This document shows, piece after piece, positions 1-13,025 of a DNA stretch of 54,048 nt. A program made the position numbers and the translations under genes. The stretch comes from Octopus bimaculoides (taxonomy: Eukaryota), in NCBI RefSeq assembly GCF_001194135.2, contig NC_068981.1, forward strand, positions 33,879,897 through 33,933,944, written 5' to 3'. Position 1 is the first letter of the stretch. Each line of letters opens with the position of its first letter. Under the pieces are notes generated by a model. That model saw only the letters and a list, made by a program, of their open reading frames with translations. It had not been told where the DNA came from and ran no database searches.

Positions 1-413
1 TATATATATCCACAGACACATAGATACTCACTTATACACATACTAACACGCACACACATTTGCATACGATGCAAATACGACGCATACGATGGTGAATCAT
101 TGATTATCGGCCATACTTTTATAAATTTTTTTCTCCTATTTGCGGGAAATTTAGTGGCACGCACGTGACTAGACGTCGCCTCGAGCCTCTAGTCACTATG
201 ATACAGGTTTGAACTGCTCTACTAATGATGATTGTGGTGGTGCCGATGCTGATGATTGCGGTAGTTGTAGCGCTGATTGTGGTTGGGGGTGATGGTGGTT
301 TTGGTAGTGTTGTGGTCGTGCTGGTGGTGATTCTGGCTGTAACGGTGGTGGTTGTAATAATGACAAGCACACATATCTATCTATCTATCTATCTGTCTAT
401 CTATCTATCTATC

Positions 414-446
<33 letters not shown>

Positions 447-887
447 GTATATGTATGTATGTATCTATCTACATACATACATTCATACACGTATCATAAT
501 TGACAATCACAACTTGGTATTGATGAATAGTGAACACTAAAAATGGTGTTTTAATGCATTATGTCCAATTAGATTGTGGCTTTGATAATGTAGACAAATC
601 GATGATTCCGTGTTAGATCATCGATTTGCTTATTTTTGAATACAATCTTGTATTTCACATTTTCTAGTCTTGGGCAACACAGTTTAAATGTTCAAAGCCG
701 ATGCGGCTGATGTGCCTCACACTGATCTGATGATCTTACCTGGAGACCACCTGGTACTTGGGTATTATTCACATGACCCACTATGTTGCAAGTATTCGGG
801 TATGTTCATCAGTTTGAGCATAAAGTCCTCTCTTCAGTCAGAAAAGCCTTGAAAATAGTGATATGTACTGCTAATACTCTTCTGATT

Positions 888-1273
888 TGTTGTTGTTGGC
901 ACTCCGTCGCTTACGACGTCGAGGGTTCCAGTTGATCCGATCAACGGAACAGCCTGCTCGTGAAATTAACGTGCAAGTGGCTCAGCACTCCACAGACACG
1001 TGTACCCTTAGCGTAGTTCTCGGGGATATTCAGCATGACACAGTGTGACAAGGCTGACCCTTTGAATTACAGGCACAACAGAAACAGGAAGTAAGAATGA
1101 GAGAAAGTTGTGGTGAAAGAGTATAGCAGGGTTCGCCACCATCCCCTGCCGGAGCCTCGTGGAGCTTTAGGTGTTTTTGCTCAATAAACACTCACAACGC
1201 CCGGTCTGGAAATCGAAACCGCGATCCTATGACCAAGAGTCTGCTGCCCTAACCACTGGGCCATTGCGCCTCC
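888..1273 (-). mobile_element. tRNA-derived SINE, family A, full length
   Basis: The minus strand begins GTGGAGGCGCAATGGCCCAGTGG (A box), has GGTTTCGATTTCC (B-box-like) and ends ...GAGTGCCAACAACAACA. Target-site duplication ACTCTTCTGATT at 876-887 and 1274-1285. Collinear with four other copies in the window. Confidence 0.92.
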
Positions 1274-1572
1274 ACTCTTCTGATTATTAAAAATACATAT
1301 CTAATAACGGAAGGCCTGTGAATATCATGGAGCACAGCTCAATTATTGCCTGAGCATGGCTGTAAGTCAAATGGCTGAGACATGTAACAGAATAAAATAA
1401 TGTATTTGTCTATTCATACATATATGCTTTGTGACTTGCTTTGAGAAAAGAATTGGCGATACGATTCTGAAGAACAAGGAGAATCTTCTATGTCTCATTG
1501 GAAAACCATAATCCTGGGAACTGCGACCCTTACAGAAACAGATAAAACTTCATTTAAGATAGTCAACAATAT

Positions 1573-1988
1573 AGGCGTAGGAGTAGCTGTGTGGTAAGTA
1601 GCTTGCTTACAAACCACATGGTTCCTGGTTCAGTCCCACTGCGTGGCACCTTGGGCAAGTGTCTTCTACTATAGCTTCGGGCCGACCAAAGCCTTGCGAG
1701 TGGATATGGTAGACGGAAACTGAAAAGAAGCCCGTCGTATATATGTATAGGTATATGTATGTATATGTATGTATATGTATGTGTGTCTGTGTTTGTCCCC
1801 CCAACATCGCTTGAGAACCGGTGCTGGTGTGTTTATGTCCCCGTAACTTAGCGGTTCGGCAAAAGTGCCCGATAGAATAAGTACCAGGTTTACAAAGAAT
1901 AAGTCCCAGGGTCGATTTGCTCGACTATAGGCGGTGCTCCAGCATGGCCACAGTCAAATGACTGAAACAAGTAAAAGAGTAAAAGAAT
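1573..1988 (+). mobile_element. tRNA-derived SINE, family B (internal microsatellite), full length
   Basis: Head AGGCGTAGGAGTAGCTGTGTGGTAAG...GGTTCAGTCCC, internal (TA/TG)-type tract, and (GTAAAAGA)n tail. Collinear with the copies at 21207, 23493, 47955 and 52376. Confidence 0.9.
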
Positions 1989-2327
1989 GTAATTTATAGC
2001 GTAATAGTGAGTTGGACCAAATTTTGTCTTTCTGAAATGTTTTCATGGATTTGAAACAAGTATTTTGTAGTATTCCCTGTTTTGTGTCTCATCATAGAAA
2101 AGTGACACAAAATAATATAAGAAACAGACATCGTTTTATTCTAGATTATTTTGGTATCCGACGCAATCACGCCGAAATTACTAAATAAATATCTAACACG
2201 AGCTGAAAGGTCAATATCGCAGATCAAAAAAACAAGTGTACAACTTGTTCGACTGTGGCATACATTGTTCTCAAAGGTCAAACACTGGTTTGTTTGTATA
2301 TCTGATCAAAAGAAACGAATATCGTCA

Positions 2328-2329
<2 letters not shown>

Positions 2330-2390
<61 letters not shown>

Positions 2391-2432
2391 GCTACTGCTG
2401 CTGCTGCTGCTGCTGCTATTACTACTACTACT
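2330..2432. repeat. Compound trinucleotide microsatellite (ACT)n(GCT)n
   Basis: Directly visible; source of the poly-T, poly-A and poly-L ORFs. Confidence 0.95.
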
Positions 2433-2530
2433 AGTTTATTTTTCAATGTAATATATATATATATATATATATTAGTATTCCAGTATGCTCCTGAAATTAG
2501 ACGTAAATTAAATTATTTGTGCAATATATT

Positions 2531-2645
2531 TTCCAACCACATGGTTCCGAGTTCAGTCTGGTGCGTGGCACCTTGGGCAAGTGTCTTCTATCGCTTCGGA
2601 CCGACCAAAGCATTGTGAGTGGATTTGGTAGACGTCCGAAACTGA
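2531..2645 (+). mobile_element. SINE family B fragment (5' half)
   Basis: CCAACCACATGGTTCCGAGTTCAGT...GTGGCACCTTGGGCAAGTGTCTTCTA...GTGAGTGGATTTGGTAGACG matches copy 1573-1988. Confidence 0.85.
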
Positions 2646-3306
2646 CGTCCGTCTTTAGAATTCTCAGTCGGTATTTTTCGGGCAATTATGGTCTCTGTTA
2701 GTGTATATGTTTTCATTCATGTGCGTTTACTACAGCATTAGAACATTTTAGGTCTTATTTCTAGCAATGTAGGTGTTTTTTAACACCCTAGTCACAATTA
2801 GTGACAATTATAATTTTCCTATTTGGTGAAACATTGCAACCTGCTGTTTACATTAATTTTATATATATACATACATATAGGTGTGTGTGTGTGTATGTGT
2901 GTGTATGTGTGTATGCGCATGTGTGTGTGTGTGTACACGCACACATATATATATATCAGTTTTTTGATTCTGCACACGCAAAAACAACCAACAAACTCAT
3001 CGAGAGTTAGCGCCGAGGAAAATAGATTCAAGGCTTTCGTCATGTTAAAATAATGATGGAAGAACATGTATTTAAGAAGTCCTGTCTGACATTCGCAATA
3101 AGAAAGATAGAACGGAGCAAAGAGAATGTTGGGATTGGTCAGGATGTAGCAGCAGTCGTAACAGAGTATAACAAGTTGGATGTAGACAAATAGAAACAAA
3201 CATAAAAAAGCGGTCAAAAGATGGACACAAAAAAAAAAGTAATGATAAAAAGAAAGAGAGAGAGAGAAAGAGTTAACGGAAAGTAAAAAGAGAGAGAGAG
3301 AGGGAC

Positions 3307-3343
<37 letters not shown>

Positions 3344-3506
3344 GAGAGAGAGAGAGAGAAAGAGAGAAAGAGATAGAGAGAGAGAGAGAGACAGAAAGAG
3401 AGAGAGAAAGTAGCCTAAGATATAGAAGGAAAACAACTATTGATGATATTTCGTATGTGTATTTCGTGTGCAAGATTCTTGATGTGGATACGTGTGTTGA
3501 AAGAAA

Positions 3507-3777
3507 TACAATTAAACCTTGGGAGAGGCATTATGCCGGTAATAAACACACGCACTGGTTCAGTCCTTTATTAATTTATATAGTTTTTTGTTAAATTATT
3601 TCATTGCACTCTTGCAATCTCTTCATTCAAAATAAATGGAAGTGGAGAGACAAGTTACTGAAGAGATTGCAAGAGTGCAATGAAATAATTTAACAAAAAA
3701 CTATATAAATTAATAAAGGACTGAACCAGTGCGTGTGTTTATTACCGGCATAACGCCTCTCCCAAGGTTTAATTGTA
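3507..3777. repeat. Long near-perfect inverted repeat (119-bp arms, 33-bp spacer), probably a Penelope-like pLTR inversion
   Basis: 3507-3625 is the reverse complement of 3659-3777, with one mismatch (GGCATTATGCC vs GGCATAACGCC). The Penelope assignment is inferred from the embedded hammerhead-like motif. Confidence 0.9.
3654..3694 (+). ncRNA. Minimal type-I hammerhead ribozyme-like motif (degenerate)
   Basis: GTTA (stem I) - CTGAAGA - G - ATTGCA/AGAG/TGCAAT (stem II) - GAAA - TA-AT-T (short stem III, AUU triplet) - TAAC (stem I'). G3665 has no C partner, so it may be inactive. Confidence 0.55.
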
Positions 3778-4488
3778 ACTATTGATGAGTAATAATGGAA
3801 AGGTGTGTCATTGTATGTCATAGGAAAAATTAACCAAAAAGATTCCTAAATATGAAACATCTTCCATCAGTCATAGAATCAGGGCGAATTCGGCGCCTTC
3901 AAAATACGAAGACTTATATTTCGCGCGTGTGAGTGTGTGTATAAATATATGTATGCTCATAAAAAACACTCACACATATATCTATATATACATACACATG
4001 CACACAGAAACACACAGACACANNNNNNNNNNNNNNNNNNNNNNNNNNNNNNNNNNNNNNNNNNNNNNNNNNNNNNNNNNNNNNNNNNNNNNNNNNNNNN
4101 NNNNNNNNNNNNNNNNNNNNNNNNNNNNNNNNNNNNNNNNNNNNNNNNNNNNNNNNNNNNNNNNNNNNNNNNNNNNNNNNNNNNNNNNNNNNNNNNNNNN
4201 NNNNNNGTCATAGGAAAAATTAACCAAAAAGATTCCTAAATATGAAACATCTTCCATCAGTCATAGAATCAGGGCGAATTCGGCGCCTTCAAAATACGAA
4301 GACTTATATTTCGCGCGTGTGAGTGTGTGTATAAATATATGTATGAATGTTTTTATGTCGAGTTATAAAAACAATTTTATATTAGACTAAATGATTACTC
4401 AGTACTTTTATAGAGTTCATATTTGTTATATTTTTACAATAAGAGTGGTAATAGTGACTTCTAAGTAACCTATATCGTACAGTATGTA

Positions 4489-4543
<55 letters not shown>

Positions 4544-4549
4544 ATACAT

Positions 4550-4908
4550 ACATACAAAAATGTGTAATGGTGTCTGTTTGTGTGTGCGTTTGGGGTTACT
4601 CTAATTCCTCCCACACCGACCAACCAATTTTAATGATTTTTAGCACATAAGTAGATCACATGTCCTGAAGTTCAAATAAAGCCGAAATTTTTCGAAAACT
4701 CGATAATGCTCAGTTGGCATCGATTTTTGTGAGCTCAGTCGGGCGTTTGAATGGAAATTCCCATAATAATGTTATTTTTCCTGCAGCTTTTGCATTTTCT
4801 CACGTGTAAAACTTCAACAAAATCGATAGAATAGTCTCTAAGGAAATGCTTATTCAATACAAGGCCAGAGGTGGGCTTAATTTCAGCACGGAAAACACGA
4901 GCAACGTG

Positions 4909-4910
<2 letters not shown>
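4550..4910 (+). mobile_element. Possible Helentron/DINE-1-like non-autonomous element remnant
   Basis: Follows a (TATC)n tract and has a (GT)-rich stretch, a CCGACCAACCAATTTTAATGATTTTT core-like motif and a 3' ACACGAGCAACGTG motif. Resemblance from recall only. Confidence 0.3.
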
Positions 4911-4961
<51 letters not shown>

Positions 4962-4987
4962 TATATATATACATATATTACATACAG

Positions 4988-5370
4988 TGATTAGACTGTG
5001 GCCATGTTAGGGCACAGCCTTGAAGAATTTCGGTCGAAAGAAGCATCTCCAATACACTTTTTAAGTCTGCTACTTATTTTATCGGTCTCTTTCGTCGAAC
5101 CTCCAATCTGCTAAGTCAAAGGGATGTAAACACATCAACACCGGTTGCCAAGCAGTGGTAGGAGACAAACGCAGACACAGAGACGTGCACAAATGCACAC
5201 GCACGCACGCGCGTGCGCACATATACGATGGACTTCTTTTACTATCCATCTACCAAATCCAGTCAGAAGGCTTTGATCTGCTTGAGACAAGACGCTTGGC
5301 CAAGGTACTACGCGTTGGGGCTGAAGCCGGAATCATGTGGTTGGGAGGGAAACTTTTTACCACACAGCTA
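4988..5370 (-). mobile_element. SINE family B, diverged copy
   Basis: Reverse-complement match to family B: GGCCATGTTAGGGCACAGCC ... ACCGGTTGCCAAGC ... internal CA tract ... TTTTACCACACAGC. Confidence 0.8.
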
Positions 5371-5407
5371 TTTATATATATTACGATATACAGTATTTGA
5401 GTCATTA

Positions 5408-6254
<847 letters not shown>

Positions 6255-6485
6255 TAATGGCTCAAATACTGTCTATCGTAATTGCGTAGGACACTGAATA
6301 TTCCTAACCCGAAGATAAAGTAACAGGAGAAATGAATAGTATACGAGATGGTATTAAAATATTTAGCGAATAGAATGAAATATAAGACCGAGATAAACAC
6401 GCTAAACAACTGATAACATAAAGTACACAACGTATACAGTTTTATTTTTTTATGTATATACAAACATAAATGTATACCTACACTA

Positions 6486-6516
<31 letters not shown>

Positions 6517-6600
6517 AACATACACACATATAAGTGTATATATGTGTATGTATGTTGATATTTTAATATCTACACACGTATATTTATATACACACACATA

Positions 6601-6742
6601 CGAGGAGCTGCTGAAAAGTTCCTGGCTTTAAGGGTGTCGCGAAAGGCCTGGTTGGAGGCGCAACCTCCAAGTTCTTTTATTACAGGACTTAGAAAAAAAT
6701 GAAGGACCGCTGCAATAAATAAGTGAATTTGAGAGGGGTGTA
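6601..6742 (+). mobile_element. Mariner deletion derivative (TIR plus transposase C-terminal tail), cut by a gap
   Basis: TA|CGAGGAGCTGCTGAAAAGTT TIR-like start. The 3' part reads LEKNEGPLQ / KDRCNK*VNLRG, like the mariner C-terminus (RW.KC...G.YVE). Confidence 0.6.
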
Positions 6743-7717
6743 NNNNNNNNNNNNNNNNNNNNNNNNNNNNNNNNNNNNNNNNNNNNNNNNNNNNNNNNNN
6801 NNNNNNNNNNNNNNNNNNNNNNNNNNNNNNNNNNNNNNNNNNNNNNNNNNNNNNNNNNNNNNNNNNNNNNNNNNNNNNNNNNNNNNNNNNNNNNNNNNNN
6901 NNNNNNNNNNNNNNNNNNNNNNNNNNNNNNNNNNNNNNNNNNNNNNNNNNNNNNNNNNNNNNNNNNNNNNNNNNNNNNNNNNNNNNNNNNNNNNNNNNNN
7001 NNNNNNNNNNNNNNNNNNNNNNNNNNNNNNNNNNNNNNNNNNNNNNNNNNNNNNNNNNNNNNNNNNNNNNNNNNNNNNNNNNNNNNNNNNNNNNNNNNNN
7101 NNNNNNNNNNNNNNNNNACAATTTCAAAATAAGGTGATTAAAATCAAAATAAGCAACAAAAATATCCAGAGCTAATGCAGTACGATCGTTTCACGCAATT
7201 CCATTTAATTGAACAATGCAACCATTACATCAATTTAAATGCAGAGCAATCCTCAGCTGCACAAAGACATAGAATTTAATTAAATTAAAACAGATGGACA
7301 CAACAGTATAATTTTACTTAAAATCTCCAAGAAGTTAAGGAGATCGACAAAGAACATGCTGCCTTCACTTCAGCTTAGAAGCTACTAAGGTATCAGGAAG
7401 AAAGACTTGTTACAAATTTTGCTTGTCACTGTTTTATGGGTCAGTTTTAATTTATAGACTAGTTTTATCAAATCCTTATATAACTAAGGCTGAGAGAACA
7501 AGGGGCAGCATACTTTTAGGGGTAGTGCTGAGGGAGTCGACAGAAATCATAATGGGTATAGTCATAAAAAATCAAGATTTATTTGAAGCAATATCACGAG
7601 ATTTGGTTAAGGAAAAACTTAAATCAAGATGTTAACTGACAATTAAGGGGGCCGAGCACTAGCAGACCATTGATAATGAAACAGGAGAAATCTTATCGTG
7701 CGGCACTATAGTTAAAT

Positions 7718-8296
7718 ATTTTAAACAATATTGCTATATTGTATAAAGGTAAAGTTTAGGGTTATTCAGAGGATTATTAAGAAGAATATTATAACAAAAG
7801 GATAAAAAAAAAAGGATAAAACGTTTTTTGAATATTTTTTAGTATATACCAAACTTTTACCACAACAGAGGGAGGAAAAGAAATTATCTAGAAATAGTTT
7901 AATATTTATACATATTATATACTTAAATACTAACTTTTTAGATGGTATCTGTGAATATTGATCAATTGGTATATACTGGTATTTAATAAAGGAGTACTGA
8001 GGTAAATCAAGTAATTTCTAAAGATCATTTCAAACAACATTGCCATATTGTATAAAGTTAAACTTTAGGGTAGTCAAGAAGATTATTAAGAATGATCTTA
8101 TAACAAAAGGGTAATAGTTCTATGAATACTTCTGAGTATATACCAAAATTTTACCACAATAGAGGGAAGAAAAGAAAATTGCATAGAAATAGCTTTATAT
8201 TTATACTTATTCTTTATCTAAATATTAACTTATTAGATGGTATCTATGGAGATTGATCAATTGGATTTAACTGGCATTTTATAAAGGAGCACTGAG
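7718..8296. repeat. Diverged tandem duplication, about 310-bp period
   Basis: TTTAAACAATATTGCTATATTGTATAAAGG...ATAAAGGAGTACTGAGG (about 7720-8001) recurs as TTCAAACAACATTGCCATATTGTATAAAG...ATAAAGGAGCACTGAGG (about 8028-8296). Confidence 0.8.
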
Positions 8297-8502
8297 GCTA
8301 AAGGATTGCTCTGCATTTAAATTGATGTAATGGTTGCATTGCTCGATGAAGTCATTAATCAACCTGAGGCTATAGTAGAAGACTGTTGTCCAAGATCTTT
8401 TGCAGTGGAACTGAACCGATAACAACAGTTGCAAAATGAACTTCGTAACTACATACCACACATTTATGCTGCGCTTATAAATTTCCTTTTCTATTCTTGC
8501 CA

Positions 8503-9630
8503 CCTAGTCCTAAACTGGGCTTTTTTAAATAGCAACTGGATGTCTCCGAAGTAGGTGGTGATCGTTGCCGTAATGTGCAGAAGAATGTGGTAATGGTCTA
8601 AGGATGCGTGCATGAGGGTATGAGGGATCGCTCCGTAGGCATTAGCCGAATCTATCCAGACATTATCAGGTCATTTTTGCCTTTTCTGGTCTCTTGGATC
8701 ATCTGATTGAAAACTACAATGTATTCCAGACAGCCAAAGAAGCCTTGAAGTCTCGTATTCTCAACTTTTTTAACAGTGTTATTGATGTATCCATGCTCGA
8801 TCATGTATAAAGTCATAATTTGCAACAAGGAATAAAGATTTTTGTTTTACACTTTGAAGGAATTGGTTCTGAATTGGCTGGTAGTTGAAGAGTTGCCTTG
8901 CTTTGGCATAAATAGCCTTCTGCCTTCTTTCGGCTTGATGATATGGTTCTTCAATTCAGACGTCTTATGGAAGGGATTTCGCAATTTCCAAATGATCAAC
9001 TGATATTTCTTATACATTTTGTAATATACATACTTGAACTGGGGACAGATCCTACTCAAGACTTCTTCACCACTTCTCTCCTTTCGTAACGGACTACTGA
9101 TTTTGACTTTATTACTAAGAATTTCAGTTCGGCTAACACATGGGTTGGCGATTAGGAATTGGTTTTGAAAGGTGTTGTTATGGATCTCCCCCAGGAACCC
9201 TTTACACCTTCTCTGGGGTCGATCAATCTTCGGGATTTAGTTTCACACAGCAGTGTTTAGTCAAACCTAAATGAGTCTTTGCTGAACTAAGCCATTTGTC
9301 TCCTTCCTCTGTCTTTGAGTTAATTCCGTTCTTCTGAGTCTGCACAAAAGTTACCAGACATGACCCGCCAGATCTTTCTTTTTCGGTAGACGCTCTTTAT
9401 ACTGCTTGCTGAAGGGTTTTGATTTCTTCCCAAAGTGATGAGTTTCTTTTATCTTTTATACTATGTTGCCTTGCAATTTTGGTGTTTATCTGCTTGTTCT
9501 CAGTTCAGAAGCTATTTCTGGTCAGAGTGTCCGTTATTGTTGTGAAGGCATTCACTTTTTACTCAGTGGTCCCTACAAGTATGGATTAAAATATTTTGTC
9601 TAGGTCTTGATCCAGTTGATGACAAAATCA
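8503..9630 (-). mobile_element. Decayed R2/NeSL-group (Hero-type) non-LTR retrotransposon, N-terminal region to RT domain
   Basis: Minus-strand motifs in canonical order across stops and frameshifts: LDQDLDKIF, EVVKK..GS.P, LFMPKQGNSSTTSQFRT, QGFFGCLEY..NQMIQETRKGKND, VWIDSANAYGAIPHTL (about 8620-8661), LDHYHI...TTYFGDIQLLF..QFRTRW. Confidence 0.8.
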
Positions 9631-9818
9631 AAATTGACAAAGTGTATGTGTGTATATGTGTATGTGCGCGCGCGCGCGTGCATGTACGTGTGAGGATGGG
9701 AAGCATACACGCACATATAAATACATATTACACACACTCACAGATATAGCTATATACAATACATAAGAGTGTGTGAATGCATGAACGTATCTATGCATTT
9801 ATGTATGAGCGAATATTA

Positions 9819-9858
<40 letters not shown>

Positions 9859-10399
9859 CTATATATACAACAAAAACAAACCATAAACAAGTGTATTAGT
9901 GGATATGTTAGTATGGTTTTTTTATGCATGCGCATATTAATTATGTATGCATATACTGTGTATACTTGAGAGTGATCTCTCTCGCGCTCTCTCTTTCTCT
10001 TTTTATATTTCTATTAGTTCTGGATATCTCTTTGACTCCAATGTTATTCTAATTCATTCGATAGATCAACGAAGTGTAATAAATCCTTCAAATTGACTCG
10101 CTAAACGCAGCAAAAAAAAGAAAAGAAAAAAGAAAAAGAAAAACTGACAAAACACCCAAATTTTTTCATATTGGAAAGGAAAACATCTGGGGATTTGGTT
10201 AAGGATGGGGATTAATTGGATATCGATAAACAGATGCTGTGTCGTTTATGCCTTTCTCAAGAACATTATATAACTAAAGACATATCCAATCGATAAACCA
10301 AACTCACCATAAATAACCAAATCTATTTTACTCTTATATATATACAACTTATTTCAATTTGCATGGCTTTTGATTTTCCTGTTTCTTTCCCCATCTACA

Positions 10400-10436
<37 letters not shown>

Positions 10437-10560
10437 CTCCTTTCATTCATTCATTCATTTATTTTTCTTTCTTTCTTTCTCCCTATTACTTCGTGTATTT
10501 CTTCCAGATCTAATCGATTAGAAGAATCTTCAGCATGTCACATTTAGTTATGGCTCATTA

Positions 10561-10650
10561 CGTACTGAGTTCAAATCCCATAGAGGTCAACTTTAACTTT
10601 TATCCTTCCAAGGTTGATAATAAATAAAGTACCAGTCAGATACTACGGTC
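10561..10650 (+). mobile_element. SINE family C fragment (central domain)
   Basis: CTGAGTTCAAATCCCATAGAGGTCAACTTT...ATCCTTCC...GTTGAT...AAAGTACCAG matches copy 50902-51123. Confidence 0.65.
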
Positions 10651-10756
10651 TATTTAATGTTACCGTAAGGCATCTTATATGTGAATAGGATTACACAAGA
10701 ACAGTGCATTTTCACCCTTTACTCGCATGTCATTGTTATGAACCTCTATTAAACGG

Positions 10757-11050
10757 GTACTCCGTCGGTTACGACGACGAGTGTTCTAGTTGATCCGATC
10801 AACGGAACAGCCTCCTCGTGAAATCAACGTGCTGAGCACCCCACAGACACTCATACCCTTAATGTAATGACACAGGATGCGACAAGGCTGGCCCTTTGAA
10901 TTACAGGTACAACTCATTTTTGTCAGCAGAGTCGACTGGAACAACGTGAAATAGAGTGTCTTGCTCAAAAAGACATCGCCCGTCAGGAAGCGAACTCACG
11001 ACCTGCGATCTTAAGCCGAATATCTTAACCACTAAGTTATGCGCCTTCAC
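10757..11050 (-). mobile_element. SINE sharing the family A 3' half but with a different tRNA head and body (A2)
   Basis: The 3' half ACTCCGTCGGTTACGACGACGAG...GATCCGATCAACGGAACAGCC matches family A. The head GTGAAGGCGCATAACTTAGTGG...GAGTTCGCTTCC and body TTGAGCAAGACACT differ. Confidence 0.8.
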
Positions 11051-11149
11051 TTCCTGTCAAACAGACCTATGATCAAACGCGTTCCAGTCGTGAACATCCA
11101 GTCATTTTTCTTAAGGTATAATTTATCTCATACATTATCCAATGATATC

Positions 11150-11925
11150 ATCCATGTTTTCCCTTGTGTTTGTTACCTCATTATGCTATCTTTTACTCTT
11201 CCTCTCTCAATCTCTCTCCTCCTTTCTAACTCTCTATCTTTCTCCTTTGTTACTCCCGCCCACTGAGGCTCCTAATCTAATATTCTTTCTTTCTCTCTCT
11301 TATTTTTGTTGTTGCAATTCTCTTTTTTCCCTTTTCTATTTATCTCCCCTTCTCGTCGTTTCTCCTCTGTAGATTTTCTATATTTTTATATTCTTTCGTT
11401 TCACTTGACTTCTATATCCCTCCCACACACTTTACTTCTTACGCTCTCTTCTTCTTCTTCTTCGTCTTCTTCTTCTTCTTCGTCTTCTTCTTCTTCTTCT
11501 TCTTCTTCTTCTTCTTCTTCTTCTTCTTCTTCTTCTTCTTCTCCTCCTCCTCCTCTACTCCACCACCTCCTCCTCTACTCCACCTCCTCCTCCTCTACTC
11601 CACCTCCTCCATACTAATTCTTCGCATCTCTTCATTTTGTTCTTCCTTCGTTTGATCTTTTTTCATCTCTTGGGTTTTCTTTCTCTTTTCTTTTTACCTT
11701 CTCTTTTTACTTTTCTCTTTCTTTCCTTTCGTTTTTGTTTTCTTATTCCAAGCTCACAAATCATTCACTAATTTATTCGTTTCTTTTTCCTCCTGTATTC
11801 TTCTGTTTTCATTTCTCTCCATCATATACACACGCATACAAAAGCACATACACACATTCTTTGTCTCCTCTCATCTTTTTCCATCATATACAGCTTTCCT
11901 TTTCTCTTTTTTCTTTCTCTTTTTG
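11150..11925. repeat. Pyrimidine-rich tract with (CTT)n/(CTC)n microsatellite
   Basis: Directly visible; source of the poly-S ORF. Confidence 0.9.
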
Positions 11926-12744
11926 ACACGTATACCACAGACACACTGTACACGCAGTATAACCGAATGGTGAAAATGTTCTTTTCGCAAACACGTGATT
12001 CCGGGTTTGATCCCACCTTGTGAGTGTGAGTCAAAGTAAGTTAACAGAAGCTATGTACATTTGGGACTGTGGAATGCTCAGCCACTTACACGTTCATTCA
12101 GGAGTAGTAAATTCGTTTGACCGAACAACTGAATCGTCATCGTTGAACGACGAGATTCACTATAAGCCAATTTTCCGACATCAATTGATCAAACGATGAA
12201 TAACGTAGTTAAGGAATGGATTGAAGGCGGGCATTGTCAGGAGAAGAAGGGATCTGGAAGCAGTAGGAACTTTCTGAGAGGGCATAGATGACTACTGTTA
12301 TGTATACCTATAAGATAATGAAGGGTGAGAACTTACCCTATATTTTCCGAAGGTGGCGAGATAAACGTTTGTCAACGACCGTTTGGCAGAAGTTAAATAA
12401 CGTCGGTATGAATAACCAAATATATATACAGGAAGTTAGCATAGTACGAGACAGGTAACCTCATTCACTTCCTGTTAACGAGCAAAGCAGGTAATCTCGT
12501 ACTTCCTGTTAAAAAGGGGAGTGGGGAAGGCAGCTGGAGCTTGGCGCGAATAGAACCAGAACGAGAGACGGAGCTGCATACGGGTCGGACCGTTCACTAC
12601 CTACCTTGAAACCATTGAGACTGGAGATAATCTCCATATATGAACATTTACTTCCCTGTTTGAACACTTTGTTGTTGCGATCAGAAGTTTACCTCTTTTT
12701 CTTACATTATAATTTGTCTGATCGTAACTCTACGAAGAGGGAAC

Positions 12745-12845
12745 TCATGAAATATGGACGGGTACCTCATAGTAGTCTCATCAGATCAATGTCTAATCAG
12801 GTAAAAGCTGTGATATTAGCAAAAACAGGGCCTTGTAGTTATTTT
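12745..12845 (+). pseudogene. Tc1-like transposase C-terminal remnant
   Basis: Reads VPHSSLIRSMSNQVKAVILAKTGPCSY, matching the Tc1 C-terminal LI.SMP.R..AVI.AKGG.T.Y pattern. Confidence 0.55.
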
Positions 12846-13025
12846 GGTTGCCATTGTTGTTGTCATCATGTTTTCAAGAGTTTTGTGCTAATTCCTCCTA
12901 TTGTCCCTTCAAGTGCACCCCCGTGTATCTGAGGTGTGCAACATGTTTTTTGGGAAATGTAGGACTGTATTTGTATCAGATTCGCTGTGTTCGTGGGATT
13001 TAGTTTCTGTTTATTTCTGCTGTTA

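Noticed and set aside
3030-3215. Plus-strand 55-aa protein-like frame IQGFRHVKIMMEEHVFKK...
   Set aside because: No credible acceptor or recognisable homology; consistent with chance.
3817-4345. 139-bp exact direct repeat on both sides of an N-gap (3817-3955 and 4207-4345)
   Set aside because: Identical copies flanking a gap that starts in a microsatellite are typical of unmerged contig overlap; treated as an assembly artefact.
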